Assembly (NCBI GenBank): GCA_041662585.1
Contig: JBAZSG010000001.1
Span: 2,381 to 66,380, forward strand
Length of the DNA stretch: 64,000 nucleotides
Direction: 5' to 3'
Source of the DNA: Patescibacteria group bacterium
GTDB taxonomy: Bacteria; Patescibacteriota; Patescibacteriia; UBA1558; GWA2-36-10
Shown here: piece by piece, positions 19,417 through 28,800 of the stretch
Layout: each line of letters opens with the position of its first letter
Position numbering within the stretch: the first letter of the stretch is position 1
Translations under genes and position numbers: made by a program
The notes under the pieces: model-generated
The model's input: the letters and a program-made list of their open reading frames with translations, nothing else
What the model was told of the DNA's origin: nothing
Database searches by the model: none

Positions 19417-19893
19417 TTAAATATTATCCTCTGAAAAACTAACATTGTTTTCCCTATTTACTTGTTTTTCTCCTTTATACATACCACCAGTATCAATGAT
19501 CAAAGAAAGCTCTGATAACTTTCTACTGGAACTGAGTCTTTTGGGAACAAAAATTTCTTCTTTTGTTTCTTTGTCTTCTTTTGATTTGTATTCTTCTACT
19601 TTTATATGTTCTTTGCGCCAAATACGAAGGGCTGGTTTTTTGAAAGTTGTTTCAATAAAATTAAGAGCAAAGGTATGAAAAGGAGCTCCGTTTACTTTAT
19701 AAAAAGCAAATATACTCACTAAAATCACAATAATTACTGCCCAAAAAATAAATAATGAAAAATCTGAAAGTTTATAGGCAATAAAACCAAAAAGTAAACC
19801 AGCTAAAATAATGATAAACTGACGGACTGTAATCGGTCCCCAAATCCTATCTTCTATGTCTATAAATTGTGGTACTATAAATCTTTCTGGCAT
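19417..19893 (-). CDS. prgI: PrgI family protein (VirB3-like)
   Basis: VPQFIDIEDRIWGPITVRQF motif, two TMs, upstream of virB4. Confidence 0.88.
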   Translation of the reverse strand: MPERFIVPQFIDIEDRIWGPITVRQFIIILAGLLFGFIAYKLSDFSLFIFWAVIIVILVSIFAFYKVNGAPFHTFALNFIETTFKKPALRIWRKEHIKVEEYKSKEDKETKEEIFVPKRLSSSRKLSELSLIIDTGGMYKGEKQVNRENNVSFSEDNI

Positions 19894-19896
19894 AAA

Positions 19897-21300
19897 TTAA
19901 AATCTTAATTGCTTGTTCAAGTCAGATATAGCCGAAAATTCTTCTATAGTAAAAGTAGCTTTGTTATTTCTTTCACTTTCTTGTATAAATTCAGCAACTT
20001 CTTTACCAGCTATCATACTATCAGCGCCCAATTGTAAATACAGCTTATAAGCTTGACTACTTCTCCAAGCAGCAATGCCTTGGGCTTTTTTGGTATATGA
20101 CTCTTGTTCCAATAAATTAATTTTATCAAAAATCTTTTGAATTCTTTCTTTGGGTGTATTGCCCAAACGACGAAACCCAACCAAATCAAAAGATTTTAAT
20201 TCTTGTATTGGGCCAGTCAAAGCATCTTTTAAAGCAAAAGACTCATCTGCTTGCTTTTGTATTTCTTTTTTTGGTATTACTACATCACTAATCGGCTTTT
20301 TAAAACTTTGAGCGACTGTTGCTCTAGATACTTTTGGTAAAAATGTTTCTGTATTTTTTTGATTATCTGTGTCTTCAATTTTAGCTGCCGCTTCTTTTAT
20401 AGCCGCTTGCTTTTTCATCAAAGTTTCTGCAGATAACTCATGGATTGAGGCTTTTTTGATGGGTATTTCTTGATGGATATCTTCAGAAATAGCTGGAATA
20501 GAAAATCCTTCAGCTGGCTTGGATGTTTTTCCTAAACTTGATTTTAAATTGGCAGTATTTTTGATAGCCGCTTGCAAAACTGGATCAGTCTTTGTTTCCA
20601 AAATAGGTAATTCTCCTAAGGCTGCTTTTATCTCATCTTGAGCTGACAGTTGTTGGCTAGCTGAAGACTCCAACATAACCGCTGTTTTTTCTGATTTTGG
20701 TTTTTCAATTTTTAGTTCTTTCAAATCAGCTTGATTGACCACTAGTCCTCCGGCTAAATCAATTTTATTTTTAATACCTTTGATGATAGATAAAATATTA
20801 TCAATTACATTGGCTGATAATTTTTTATTATTTGATAAAACACTATTTACCAAAAGCTCCCGAATAATCACTGCACTTTTTCTGCTTCTAAAAAAATTAT
20901 ATAAAATATTAGAAAAAATCTTTTTATTTTTTTCATCAAATACTAAATTTTGTTTTTCAATAATACGATCAACTATCTTTTCTACACTATATTTTTTGCT
21001 ATCGTCTTGTGGTATATTTTTGGCAAAAAAATCAAGTTCTTCTTTGTCTTCAGGATGAAAAACAAGTTCTGCTTTATCTTGAGAGCCAGCATTAATATTT
21101 GGTATAGATAAAAAACTATCGTCCTTTGGTGCTAAATTTCCTTCAGAAACATGATTAATTTGAGAACCAATATCAACAGAATCAGTCTTTTTATTGGAAT
21201 TTAAATGCCCAAAATTGCCTTTTTCATCTTTAATCAAAAGAGCATCAGACCAATTATTAGTACTCAAAACATTTGCTACTTTATTATTTGAAAAATCCAT
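19897..21300 (-). CDS. Hypothetical cytoplasmic protein heading the prgI-virB4 operon
   Basis: 467-aa ORF, 3 nt from prgI; low-complexity middle and an ordered C-terminal domain (GPIQEL...FRRLG...AWRSS...EEFSAISDLNKQLRF). Confidence 0.8.
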   Translation of the reverse strand: MDFSNNKVANVLSTNNWSDALLIKDEKGNFGHLNSNKKTDSVDIGSQINHVSEGNLAPKDDSFLSIPNINAGSQDKAELVFHPEDKEELDFFAKNIPQDDSKKYSVEKIVDRIIEKQNLVFDEKNKKIFSNILYNFFRSRKSAVIIRELLVNSVLSNNKKLSANVIDNILSIIKGIKNKIDLAGGLVVNQADLKELKIEKPKSEKTAVMLESSASQQLSAQDEIKAALGELPILETKTDPVLQAAIKNTANLKSSLGKTSKPAEGFSIPAISEDIHQEIPIKKASIHELSAETLMKKQAAIKEAAAKIEDTDNQKNTETFLPKVSRATVAQSFKKPISDVVIPKKEIQKQADESFALKDALTGPIQELKSFDLVGFRRLGNTPKERIQKIFDKINLLEQESYTKKAQGIAAWRSSQAYKLYLQLGADSMIAGKEVAEFIQESERNNKATFTIEEFSAISDLNKQLRF

Positions 21301-21335
21301 GAATTATTATGTGTATATTTATTTTATTTGACTAT

Positions 21336-21344
21336 ATTATAACA
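21336..21344 (-). promoter_or_regulatory. Extended -10 promoter TGTTATAAT of the T4SS core operon
   Basis: Perfect TGnTATAAT about 35 nt upstream of ATG 21300. Confidence 0.6.
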
Positions 21345-21382
21345 TATTTATCTCTTTATAGCCAACAAAAAATACCCAACAA

Positions 21383-21451
21383 AAAATACCCTCTCTTTTT
21401 TCTCCTCCTAATTTAGGGGGAGATGTCCGTAAAGGACAGAGGGGGTATTTT
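21383..21451. repeat. Branched palindromic (REP-like) element, probably also the terminator after efp
   Basis: Outer stem AAAATACCCTCTCT/AGAGGGGGTATTTT encloses TCTCCTCCTAA-t-TTAGGGGGAGA and GTCC-gtaaa-GGAC; adjacent 14-bp tandem duplication CAACAAAAAATACC (21363-21390). Confidence 0.7.
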
Positions 21452-21461
21452 AAATAATAAA

Positions 21462-22019
21462 TTAAGCTCTTTCTACATATTCACCAGTCTCAGTATTGAT
21501 AATAATTTTTTCTCCTGATTTTATAAATAAAGGAGTCCTTATTTCTAAATCATTTTCCAATATTACTGTTTTGGTAATTGATCCAGCACTATTGCCCTTT
21601 ACTCCCTCGGGGGCTGATTTGACTTCTAGAGTAATTTTGGTCGGCAAAGCAATGGACACTGGATTATTGTTGAAAACCAAAACATCCACTTCTTGACCAT
21701 CTATAAGATATTTTACCAAATCGCCCAAACTATCTTCAGAAAATTGAAACTGCTCAAAACTTTCATTATCCATAAAATGAAAATCATTGTCTTGCTTATA
21801 AAGAAAATTGGCTTTGCGACGAGTAATATCTGCTTCAGCTATACTATCTGCACCGGAAAATGTCTTTTCCAAAGTATTGCCAGAGATCAAATTTTTGAGC
21901 TTGGTTTTCATCACTGCTCCACCTCTAGCAACTTTGATATGTTGGTTCCAAACTACTTGATAAGGCTCATCATTGACAGAGATTACTCTGCCTAATTTTA
22001 AATCATTTAATCCTAACAT
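21462..22019 (-). CDS. efp: Elongation factor P (start corrected to ATG 22019)
   Basis: MLGLNDLKLG...HIKVARGGAVMKTKLKNL...GVKGNSAG...PLFI...INTETGEYVERA; 185 aa. Confidence 0.96.
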   Translation of the reverse strand: MLGLNDLKLGRVISVNDEPYQVVWNQHIKVARGGAVMKTKLKNLISGNTLEKTFSGADSIAEADITRRKANFLYKQDNDFHFMDNESFEQFQFSEDSLGDLVKYLIDGQEVDVLVFNNNPVSIALPTKITLEVKSAPEGVKGNSAGSITKTVILENDLEIRTPLFIKSGEKIIINTETGEYVERA

Positions 22020-22023
22020 AATA

Positions 22024-22242
22024 TTATTTTGATGCGTAAGGAAGTAAGGCCATAAAACGAGCTCGTTTGATAGCTTGAGCCAATATTCTTTGGTGTTTTG
22101 AACAAACGCCACTTCTTCTCTTTGGCACAATCTTACCATAAGAGGATGTAAAACGTTTTAATTGTTGCCAATTTTTATAATCAATATCTGAGATATTATT
22201 TACACAAAAATGACAATATTTACTAGTTTGTTTTGTATGCAT
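22024..22242 (-). CDS. rpsR: 30S ribosomal protein bS18 (zinc-binding form)
   Basis: CHFC...IDYKN...GKIVPKRRSGVCSKHQR...AIKRARFMALLPY. Confidence 0.97.
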   Translation of the reverse strand: MHTKQTSKYCHFCVNNISDIDYKNWQQLKRFTSSYGKIVPKRRSGVCSKHQRILAQAIKRARFMALLPYASK

Positions 22243-22261
22243 ATTAAATTTAAATTAATCT

Positions 22262-22729
22262 TTAAAATGGTATATCCTCAATACTAATTTCTTCTTCGCT
22301 GTCACTTACATTGTTTGAAGAACTTTGATTTATATCCACTGTTGGTGTTTTGTCCATTGATGGCTGTGCTGTACTAAAATCTCCACCACTTGGAGCATTG
22401 CCTGCTCGATCAAGCATAATCATATTTTCAACAATGATTTCTGTACGATACTTTTTGACGCCATTTGGATCATCCCATGATCTAGTTTGAAGTCTACCTT
22501 CAATATATACTTTAGCTCCCTTTTTGAGATATTGATTGGCTATTTCAGCCAATCTGCGCCAAGCTACTATATTGTGAAATTCTACTTTTTCTTGTTTTTG
22601 ACCATTGTTATCATTCCATACTCTATTGGTGGCTATTGAAAAAGAAGTAACATTTTGACCACTAGGAGTAGTGCGCATTTCTGGATCACGCACCATATTG
22701 CCAATTAGCATTACTTTGTTTAGATTCAT
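22262..22729 (-). CDS. ssb: Single-stranded DNA-binding protein
   Basis: NKVMLIGN...DPEMRTTPSG...YIEGRLQTRSW; C-terminal DIPF. Confidence 0.98.
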   Translation of the reverse strand: MNLNKVMLIGNMVRDPEMRTTPSGQNVTSFSIATNRVWNDNNGQKQEKVEFHNIVAWRRLAEIANQYLKKGAKVYIEGRLQTRSWDDPNGVKKYRTEIIVENMIMLDRAGNAPSGGDFSTAQPSMDKTPTVDINQSSSNNVSDSEEEISIEDIPF

Positions 22730-22747
22730 ATAATTGTATTAATAAAA

Positions 22748-23275
22748 TTAATCAAGTTTTGGTTCTTCTAAAATTGCATCTAATTTCTTATCAATATCTT
22801 CCAATTTTATTGTTCCCTTATCTTTATTTTTATCAATATCCTTACTTGGTTCTCGTCTGACATCTGCAGCTTTTTTGAAAAAAGGCTTGGCAGATGTTGT
22901 TTTTGTTTTGCGAGATGTCTTGGCATTATCTTTGTTCATATCTCTTTCTACCATTTTAGAAAAATCAACATCCACACTCTTGGAACGATTTTCTAATCTA
23001 ATAACTAAATAACGAAGCAAAGAATTATTGTGCTTCAATTTGGTATCCACTTCTTTTAGAGATTTGCTGTCTTCTGTTTCAAATTCTAGAGAAACATAAA
23101 AACCTTGTTTTTGTTTGGCTATTGGATAAGCCAATTTTCTACGACCCATAAAATATGGCTCGCGAGTAATCTTGGCCTCAATGCCCTTTAAGTAGCCCAA
23201 AACTTGCTGATTAACAGCTAGATGCTCTGTTTCGGCAATAGCTGGACTAATAATAAAAGATAGTTCGTATTTCAT
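22748..23275 (-). CDS. rpsF: 30S ribosomal protein bS6 with a long charged C-terminal extension
   Basis: MKYEL...MGRRKLAYPI...GFY...LLRYLVIR; rpsF-ssb-rpsR synteny. Confidence 0.95.
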   Translation of the reverse strand: MKYELSFIISPAIAETEHLAVNQQVLGYLKGIEAKITREPYFMGRRKLAYPIAKQKQGFYVSLEFETEDSKSLKEVDTKLKHNNSLLRYLVIRLENRSKSVDVDFSKMVERDMNKDNAKTSRKTKTTSAKPFFKKAADVRREPSKDIDKNKDKGTIKLEDIDKKLDAILEEPKLD

Positions 23276-23280
23276 TTTTC

Positions 23281-23350
23281 TATCTAATTACCTTGATCTT
23301 ACAATCAAGGGCCCCCGATGGTTAATACTGGGGCACGGTTAATTAAGATA
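23281..23350 (-). ncRNA. Structured rpsF 5' leader (candidate S6:S18-binding autoregulatory RNA)
   Basis: Minus-strand TATCTTAATTA...TAATTAGATA stem encloses a CCG, a GCCCC/GGGGC hairpin and a CCTTGAT/ATCAAGG hairpin, ending 5 nt before the ATG. Confidence 0.5.
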
Positions 23351-23364
23351 TATTAACTGCACGC

Positions 23365-23393
23365 AATTTACCATAATCATGAGCATAAGTCAA
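23365..23393 (-). promoter_or_regulatory. Sigma70 promoter of the rpsF operon
   Basis: TTGACT-17 nt-TAAATT with a TG extension. Confidence 0.6.
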
Positions 23394-23404
23394 TACTTAT
23401 TATA

Positions 23405-23433
23405 TTGCACAAAAACACTATTTACACTATCAT
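23405..23433 (+). promoter_or_regulatory. Promoter giving a probably leaderless methyltransferase mRNA
   Basis: TTGCAC-17 nt-TATCAT, with only 6 nt before ATG 23440. Confidence 0.5.
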
Positions 23434-23439
23434 ATAGCT

Positions 23440-24609
23440 ATGAATAAATATTTATTTATGCTTGGTCAGTCTCCTGACTTGGCTCAAGAAGAATTAAAAG
23501 CTATTTTAAGCTCCAAAAACGACCAAATAGAGCTGTATAACTCTGATTTTGTACTGGCCAATACTGACCAAGCAGCTAGTGACTTGATCAATGTTTTGGG
23601 TGGTACTATCAAAATTGCTCGTTATCTTCAAGCTATTGATAATCTCCATGATTTGAACGCTGATCTTTGGTATAGTTTTTTAGCCAAAAACCTTAACCCA
23701 AACCTTAAAAATTGCTTTGGTTTTAGCTTGTATAATGATACTAATGCCAATTATAATACAATACTAAAAATAGCTTTTAAATTAAAAAGAACATTAAAAA
23801 ACAATAATTATAAATGTCGCTTAGTCACTGGCCAAGACCCTGTACTCTCCTCGGTCATAGTAGCAAAAAATAAATTGATCGGCAGTGAACTATTGATTAT
23901 AAAATACCAAGAAAAATATATTTTGGCTCTGACAGAGGCTGTGCAAGATTTTGTGGCCTATGGTTTTAGAGATATGAAGCGTCCTCATCGTGATGACCGG
24001 AGTGGCATGTTGGCTCCCAAAGTAGCTCAAATGATGGTCAACTTGGCTGGAAATGATAAAAACAAAAACATTTTGGATCCTTTTTGTGGCTCTGGTACAA
24101 TACTACAAGAAGCTATGCTCTTGGGTTACAAAAAAATATATGGTTCTGATATTAGTCCCAAAGCCGTCAAAGAAACAAGTGAAAATCTTGACTGGCTTAG
24201 TAAAAATTTTCATCTAAAAGCTAATATCAAAATATTGGAATCAAGTATAGAAAATTTAGCCAATAATTTTGCTAAAAATTCTATAGACCTGATAGTCACT
24301 GAGCCATTTATGGGTGATGCACGCATCATCATTCGTCAAAATAATAGTCAGGATATAATCAAAATAAAAGACGAACTGCAAATGCTATATAAATCTGCTT
24401 TTACCAAATTCAAAAAAATAATATCTTCTGACAGTCTCATAATATTTATATTTCCTATTTTTCATATTTCCAATCAAGACATCTATACTCTAGATAAACA
24501 AATTATTTCCCAACTTGGCTTTAAATATCAACTAGACAAAGATATAATCTATAGTCGCGCCAATCAAAAAGTAGCCAGACAAATCACTGTCTGGAAACTA
24601 AAAAAATAA
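23440..24609 (+). CDS. Trm11/TrmG10-like (UPF0020-type) RNA methyltransferase
   Basis: RDDRSGMLAPKVAQMMVNLA, SAM motif ILDPFCGSGTILQEA, GSDI, motif IV-like VTEPFMG. Confidence 0.8.
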   Translation: MNKYLFMLGQSPDLAQEELKAILSSKNDQIELYNSDFVLANTDQAASDLINVLGGTIKIARYLQAIDNLHDLNADLWYSFLAKNLNPNLKNCFGFSLYNDTNANYNTILKIAFKLKRTLKNNNYKCRLVTGQDPVLSSVIVAKNKLIGSELLIIKYQEKYILALTEAVQDFVAYGFRDMKRPHRDDRSGMLAPKVAQMMVNLAGNDKNKNILDPFCGSGTILQEAMLLGYKKIYGSDISPKAVKETSENLDWLSKNFHLKANIKILESSIENLANNFAKNSIDLIVTEPFMGDARIIIRQNNSQDIIKIKDELQMLYKSAFTKFKKIISSDSLIIFIFPIFHISNQDIYTLDKQIISQLGFKYQLDKDIIYSRANQKVARQITVWKLKK

Positions 24610-24610
24610 T

Positions 24611-25867
24611 TTATATTTTATCTACCCAAGCAAATTTATTGGCTAATACTTGTATAGTACACCATTTAAATTTTTGATCTTGCTTATCCAAATACATCAC
24701 TTGCCCAGAATCTGCTCCTGTATTGGTCAGATAATAAATAGCGGCGTATAATTCATCAGCCGAAAATTTTAATTTTTCTACCAAAAGCATCTCCAAAAAA
24801 AGACGCAAAACTATAAGTTTTTCTATATTTTCATCCAAAGATCTCTCCATACTCTGACCAAACTTTATACCAATAAATCTCTTGAGTATGCTTTTATACC
24901 TAGAATCTTCTTTGATCATAAAATCAAAGGATTTTTTTTCTAGCAAAATTTTGAGACAAGAAATTGCCTTATATTTGTCTTCTACGCCAATAGCTTGCCA
25001 GAGTATATCCCTGACTTTATTTATATCATTATTAGCTTCAGAAAGTATCATATCACTAGAAGGCAAATTTTCTTGAAATAGATCTAAAGTATTTTTAAAA
25101 TTTGTCAAAACTTTTTCAAAAGACAACTCATAGTCATCATTATCTTCTTCTCTGGATTTTTTTTCTACTTGCTCTTTGACTATCAAAAGCCCATCTGATC
25201 TATCAAAATAAAGCTCTATATCTTCATCATAAGATAACAATAAAAAACGTAAACTATCCTTATATTTATCCTCTAGTTGTAAAGCATTTTTATTTTTGGC
25301 AATATATCTTGTCCTCTCCAAAGAGCTATGTTGGCCGGCACCCAAAAAATGTACATAATCCTTAATCCAATTTTGTACACTAGGGTTTGTTATCCTTCCT
25401 CTTTCATCTAATATCTTATTGGGTGTTAAACGAAAATCTTTGAATTCTTCATATTTTTTTAAGAGTTCTTTTACTTTTCCTTGAAAAATTTCTGGTAAAA
25501 CATCAGGTTCTACCACTTGTTTTTTCTTTAAAAAAACTGGCCTGGGCACTTTGCCTCCCAAACGCAAAATTAATCTATCCACTCCTCCGATATATTCTTG
25601 GAGTGGCCAAAATATTTCCATTGCCATTTGCAGAGCCAATTCTCTAAGATCTCCTTTAAATTCTCCCGGTATTTTTTCCAAATCTTTGGGCAGATCAAGG
25701 ATATTTCTTTTTTTGAGAATAATATCATCTTCCAATTTATTTACAAAATCAAATTGCTCAAAATTAAAAGAAAATTTATCATCTATAGCATAATTGACAT
25801 CTGCTACCTCAGTCCAAATAAAATCTTGTACTTCCTCTGGTAAAATATTTAAATCATTTATATTCAT
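24611..25867 (-). CDS. Hypothetical helical protein at the end of the giant-protein/VirB6 operon
   Basis: 418-aa ORF 10 nt downstream of the VirB6-like gene; NWIKDY motif; no TM segment. Confidence 0.8.
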   Translation of the reverse strand: MNINDLNILPEEVQDFIWTEVADVNYAIDDKFSFNFEQFDFVNKLEDDIILKKRNILDLPKDLEKIPGEFKGDLRELALQMAMEIFWPLQEYIGGVDRLILRLGGKVPRPVFLKKKQVVEPDVLPEIFQGKVKELLKKYEEFKDFRLTPNKILDERGRITNPSVQNWIKDYVHFLGAGQHSSLERTRYIAKNKNALQLEDKYKDSLRFLLLSYDEDIELYFDRSDGLLIVKEQVEKKSREEDNDDYELSFEKVLTNFKNTLDLFQENLPSSDMILSEANNDINKVRDILWQAIGVEDKYKAISCLKILLEKKSFDFMIKEDSRYKSILKRFIGIKFGQSMERSLDENIEKLIVLRLFLEMLLVEKLKFSADELYAAIYYLTNTGADSGQVMYLDKQDQKFKWCTIQVLANKFAWVDKI

Positions 25868-25877
25868 TTACAATATA

Positions 25878-28800
25878 TTATTTAATCTTACTTAGGCTAC
25901 CTTTATCTACTGCGGCTGCTTTTTTCTTTGCTTCCCTTATAGTTATACCAGGTATTTCTTGCATAAACTTTTGTACATGCATCTGTACATACAATTCATT
26001 TCTGATGGTATCTGCCAAATTATCTGTAACGACTTTACCTAGTTTACCTCCTCCACCCACGATAGATTGAGCTAGAAGTTTTATTTGGTCTGAATTACCA
26101 GCTTGAAGAATTTGTCTTTGTTGATCAACTGTAGCTACTTTAGCCAATTCTTCAAACAAATGACGAGTATTTGGATGCTTAATATCCATTTCTTCTAGCC
26201 TTGAATAATCTGATCCATCTGTACCATTTTTTAATATAGCCCTAGAATAAAGATTCTTATTATTAGGATTGGTTAATCCAAGCTCTCTTCTCTTCAAAGT
26301 ATTTTGTAAACGTATTAAACTATTTTGCTCTGATAATAATTTTGAAACAAGCTTTTTATCAGGGTCTGGTTTAGCTTTTTCTGTAGCTATATCTTGCTTC
26401 AATTCTTCTATTCTAAGATTATTTTTATTATTTGGATCATTCAAGTCTTTTAATTTACTAGTAATAGCTTTTCGTAAAGCTTCAGCTTCTTTATCATAAT
26501 TTGCCTGATCAAAAACAAATCTATCGTTTTCTTTCTTCTGATCTCTCTTATGGTCTTTTTCTGCCTGTTTTTCCATTCTTTCTCTAATCTCGTTTCTGAC
26601 TCTTTCTTCTGCCTTTTCTCTTGACTCTGGTGGAGTGCCATCAAAACCAGCTTGTGTCTTTGGAGACCAAGCTTTCATCGCTTCTTCAACCTTTTCATCT
26701 AATTCATCTTCATCTATTTCTTGTCTTTGTACTGTTTTTGCCCGCTCTGGTCTTGGCCCTAAATTGGCCAAAATAGCAGCTTCCATATCAGCTATTATAT
26801 CTTCTTCCATGACCTTAAATACAGGTGATTCACGCAAACCTAATTTGGATTTTTCTACATAAGCCAATTCTTCTTCTAACCCTTTTCTTTCCTCTTTACT
26901 TAAACCAGTATTAGTTAATTTTACTTTTAATTCTGTTGCCTGTTCTTCTAATTTAACTTCCTCTTCTTTTATTTCATCATTGGTATAATGCCCCATGAGA
27001 TTTCTTCTGGTCTTATACAATTTGTCAGTCGCTTCTTTACCTTTGTCACTGTTTTGCCATTCTTCGTTATTTTTGTCCCATGCTTCTTTTGTTTTGGCTT
27101 TTCTTATTTCAAAATCTTTTTCAGACTCAAAAGAATTTTTAGCAAGATGATTTATTGAATCATTATCAAAATTGACTTCTCCACTATTAAATCCTTGTTC
27201 TAAGGCCCCTACTATAGCTTCGTGCAAAGCTTCGGCTTGTTCTGGATAAACTTGAAGAAGAGCTTCAAATAATTTTATAGCTTCATTTTGATCATTTGTA
27301 GAAAGAACTCCTTTGTTGTTATGTTTAGTCTCTTGACGCTTGGTTTCTAAATTTACTTCAGTAGCCAACATACCAAGATCTTTTTTGTCTTTAGCGGTTC
27401 CTCTGATACCATCTTTATCTTTTTTACCATATTTAATATCTGCTCCCTTCTCTGTATCATTATTTATATCTACCAAAACCTCCTCTCCTTCTTGACGAAA
27501 TGCTTCTGATTCAGCTTGCCTTGTCTTTTTAAATTGATTTAATACATCCCTACCAATACCTCCACCTTCATAATTTGGATCTTCCAAAAGAGCCCTGATA
27601 ATATTACGCATACCTGCTGTTGTTTTACCATCTTCGTCTAAAACACCATCAGCTTCCTTATCAAGCAATTTTCTAGAGCCAACATCATTTAGATCTTTTT
27701 TAACAGCCGCTAAATCTGTATTGGTATTTGCATATCGAGCATGTAAGGCATCAATCCTAGGTTGATCATTTATTCTCTCTAAAGCTTCAATATCCTCAGC
27801 TGCTTGTTTTGCATCGTGTTGTTCTTTTCTATCGGTTCTTATGATGGCTGCTTTTGTTTTTGCTTCATCATGTCCACCTCCCCAAGAAGTAATAAGCTGT
27901 GTCGCCCTCGCTACTTTAGAACTCTCTCCAATAGCCTTAGGTAAAAATTTACCAATTAACGGAATATCTTTTAATTTATCAGGTGTAGATGATTGAGTTC
28001 TATAAAATTCTTCTTTTTGTTTAGGATTAATATATTTGGTATCTTCCGCGTGTTCAGCAAGAATCCTAGCTGTGTTTCTACCTTGCATTTCCATAGCTCC
28101 TCTTTGCAGTTTACCTCCATAAAAAGGTACTTTGGTAGCAACTCCTGTAAATTTACCCAAAAGTGTATCCTTCTTTGGTTTTCCTTTATCATCTACCATA
28201 CGCTCAGCAATAGCAGTGCCGGCTCTCATAGCCAAAGCTTTTGGATAACGTCTAGCAATATGTCCAGCTGTGCTCTGAATTTTGGCCATACCCTTGGCTG
28301 CCACACTAGCTCCAGCCGCACCAGAAGCAGCTGCCATCTTAATACCCATCATAAGTAAGGCAATAGCAATGATATAATTCATCATATTACTGCTATCCAA
28401 AAATTCAGTTGCTCCTTGTGCCCCTCCTCCGGTCATAAAAGTACTATAGGCATTTCCATTGCCAACAATACTAAAAGTAAGCCACAAGAAAAAAGCCAAC
28501 ATCGGACCAGTTACCAGATTGGTACCTAGCTGTTTTGTCCAAGTATTATAAAAACTATTGGTAGCTGGAAAAATACTAGCCATAAAAGCCAAAGGAGCCA
28601 TAATAATAGCTATCCACAAAGCTACAATTCTCATCATCAACATCATAACCATTACGCCCACAATTACCACAAGTATTGCTACTAGAGCTGCTCCTAAAAC
28701 CATAGATACTACATAATCCCCAAAACCAGTAACAGGAGCATCGGGATTAATAGTGGTAAATTTATGCAAACCAATGGCGACCACCACTCCTCCTGACATT

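Noticed and set aside
22020-22139. 40-aa N-terminal extension of EF-P in the ORF track
   Set aside because: It overlaps rpsR in another frame; EF-P homology begins at ATG 22019
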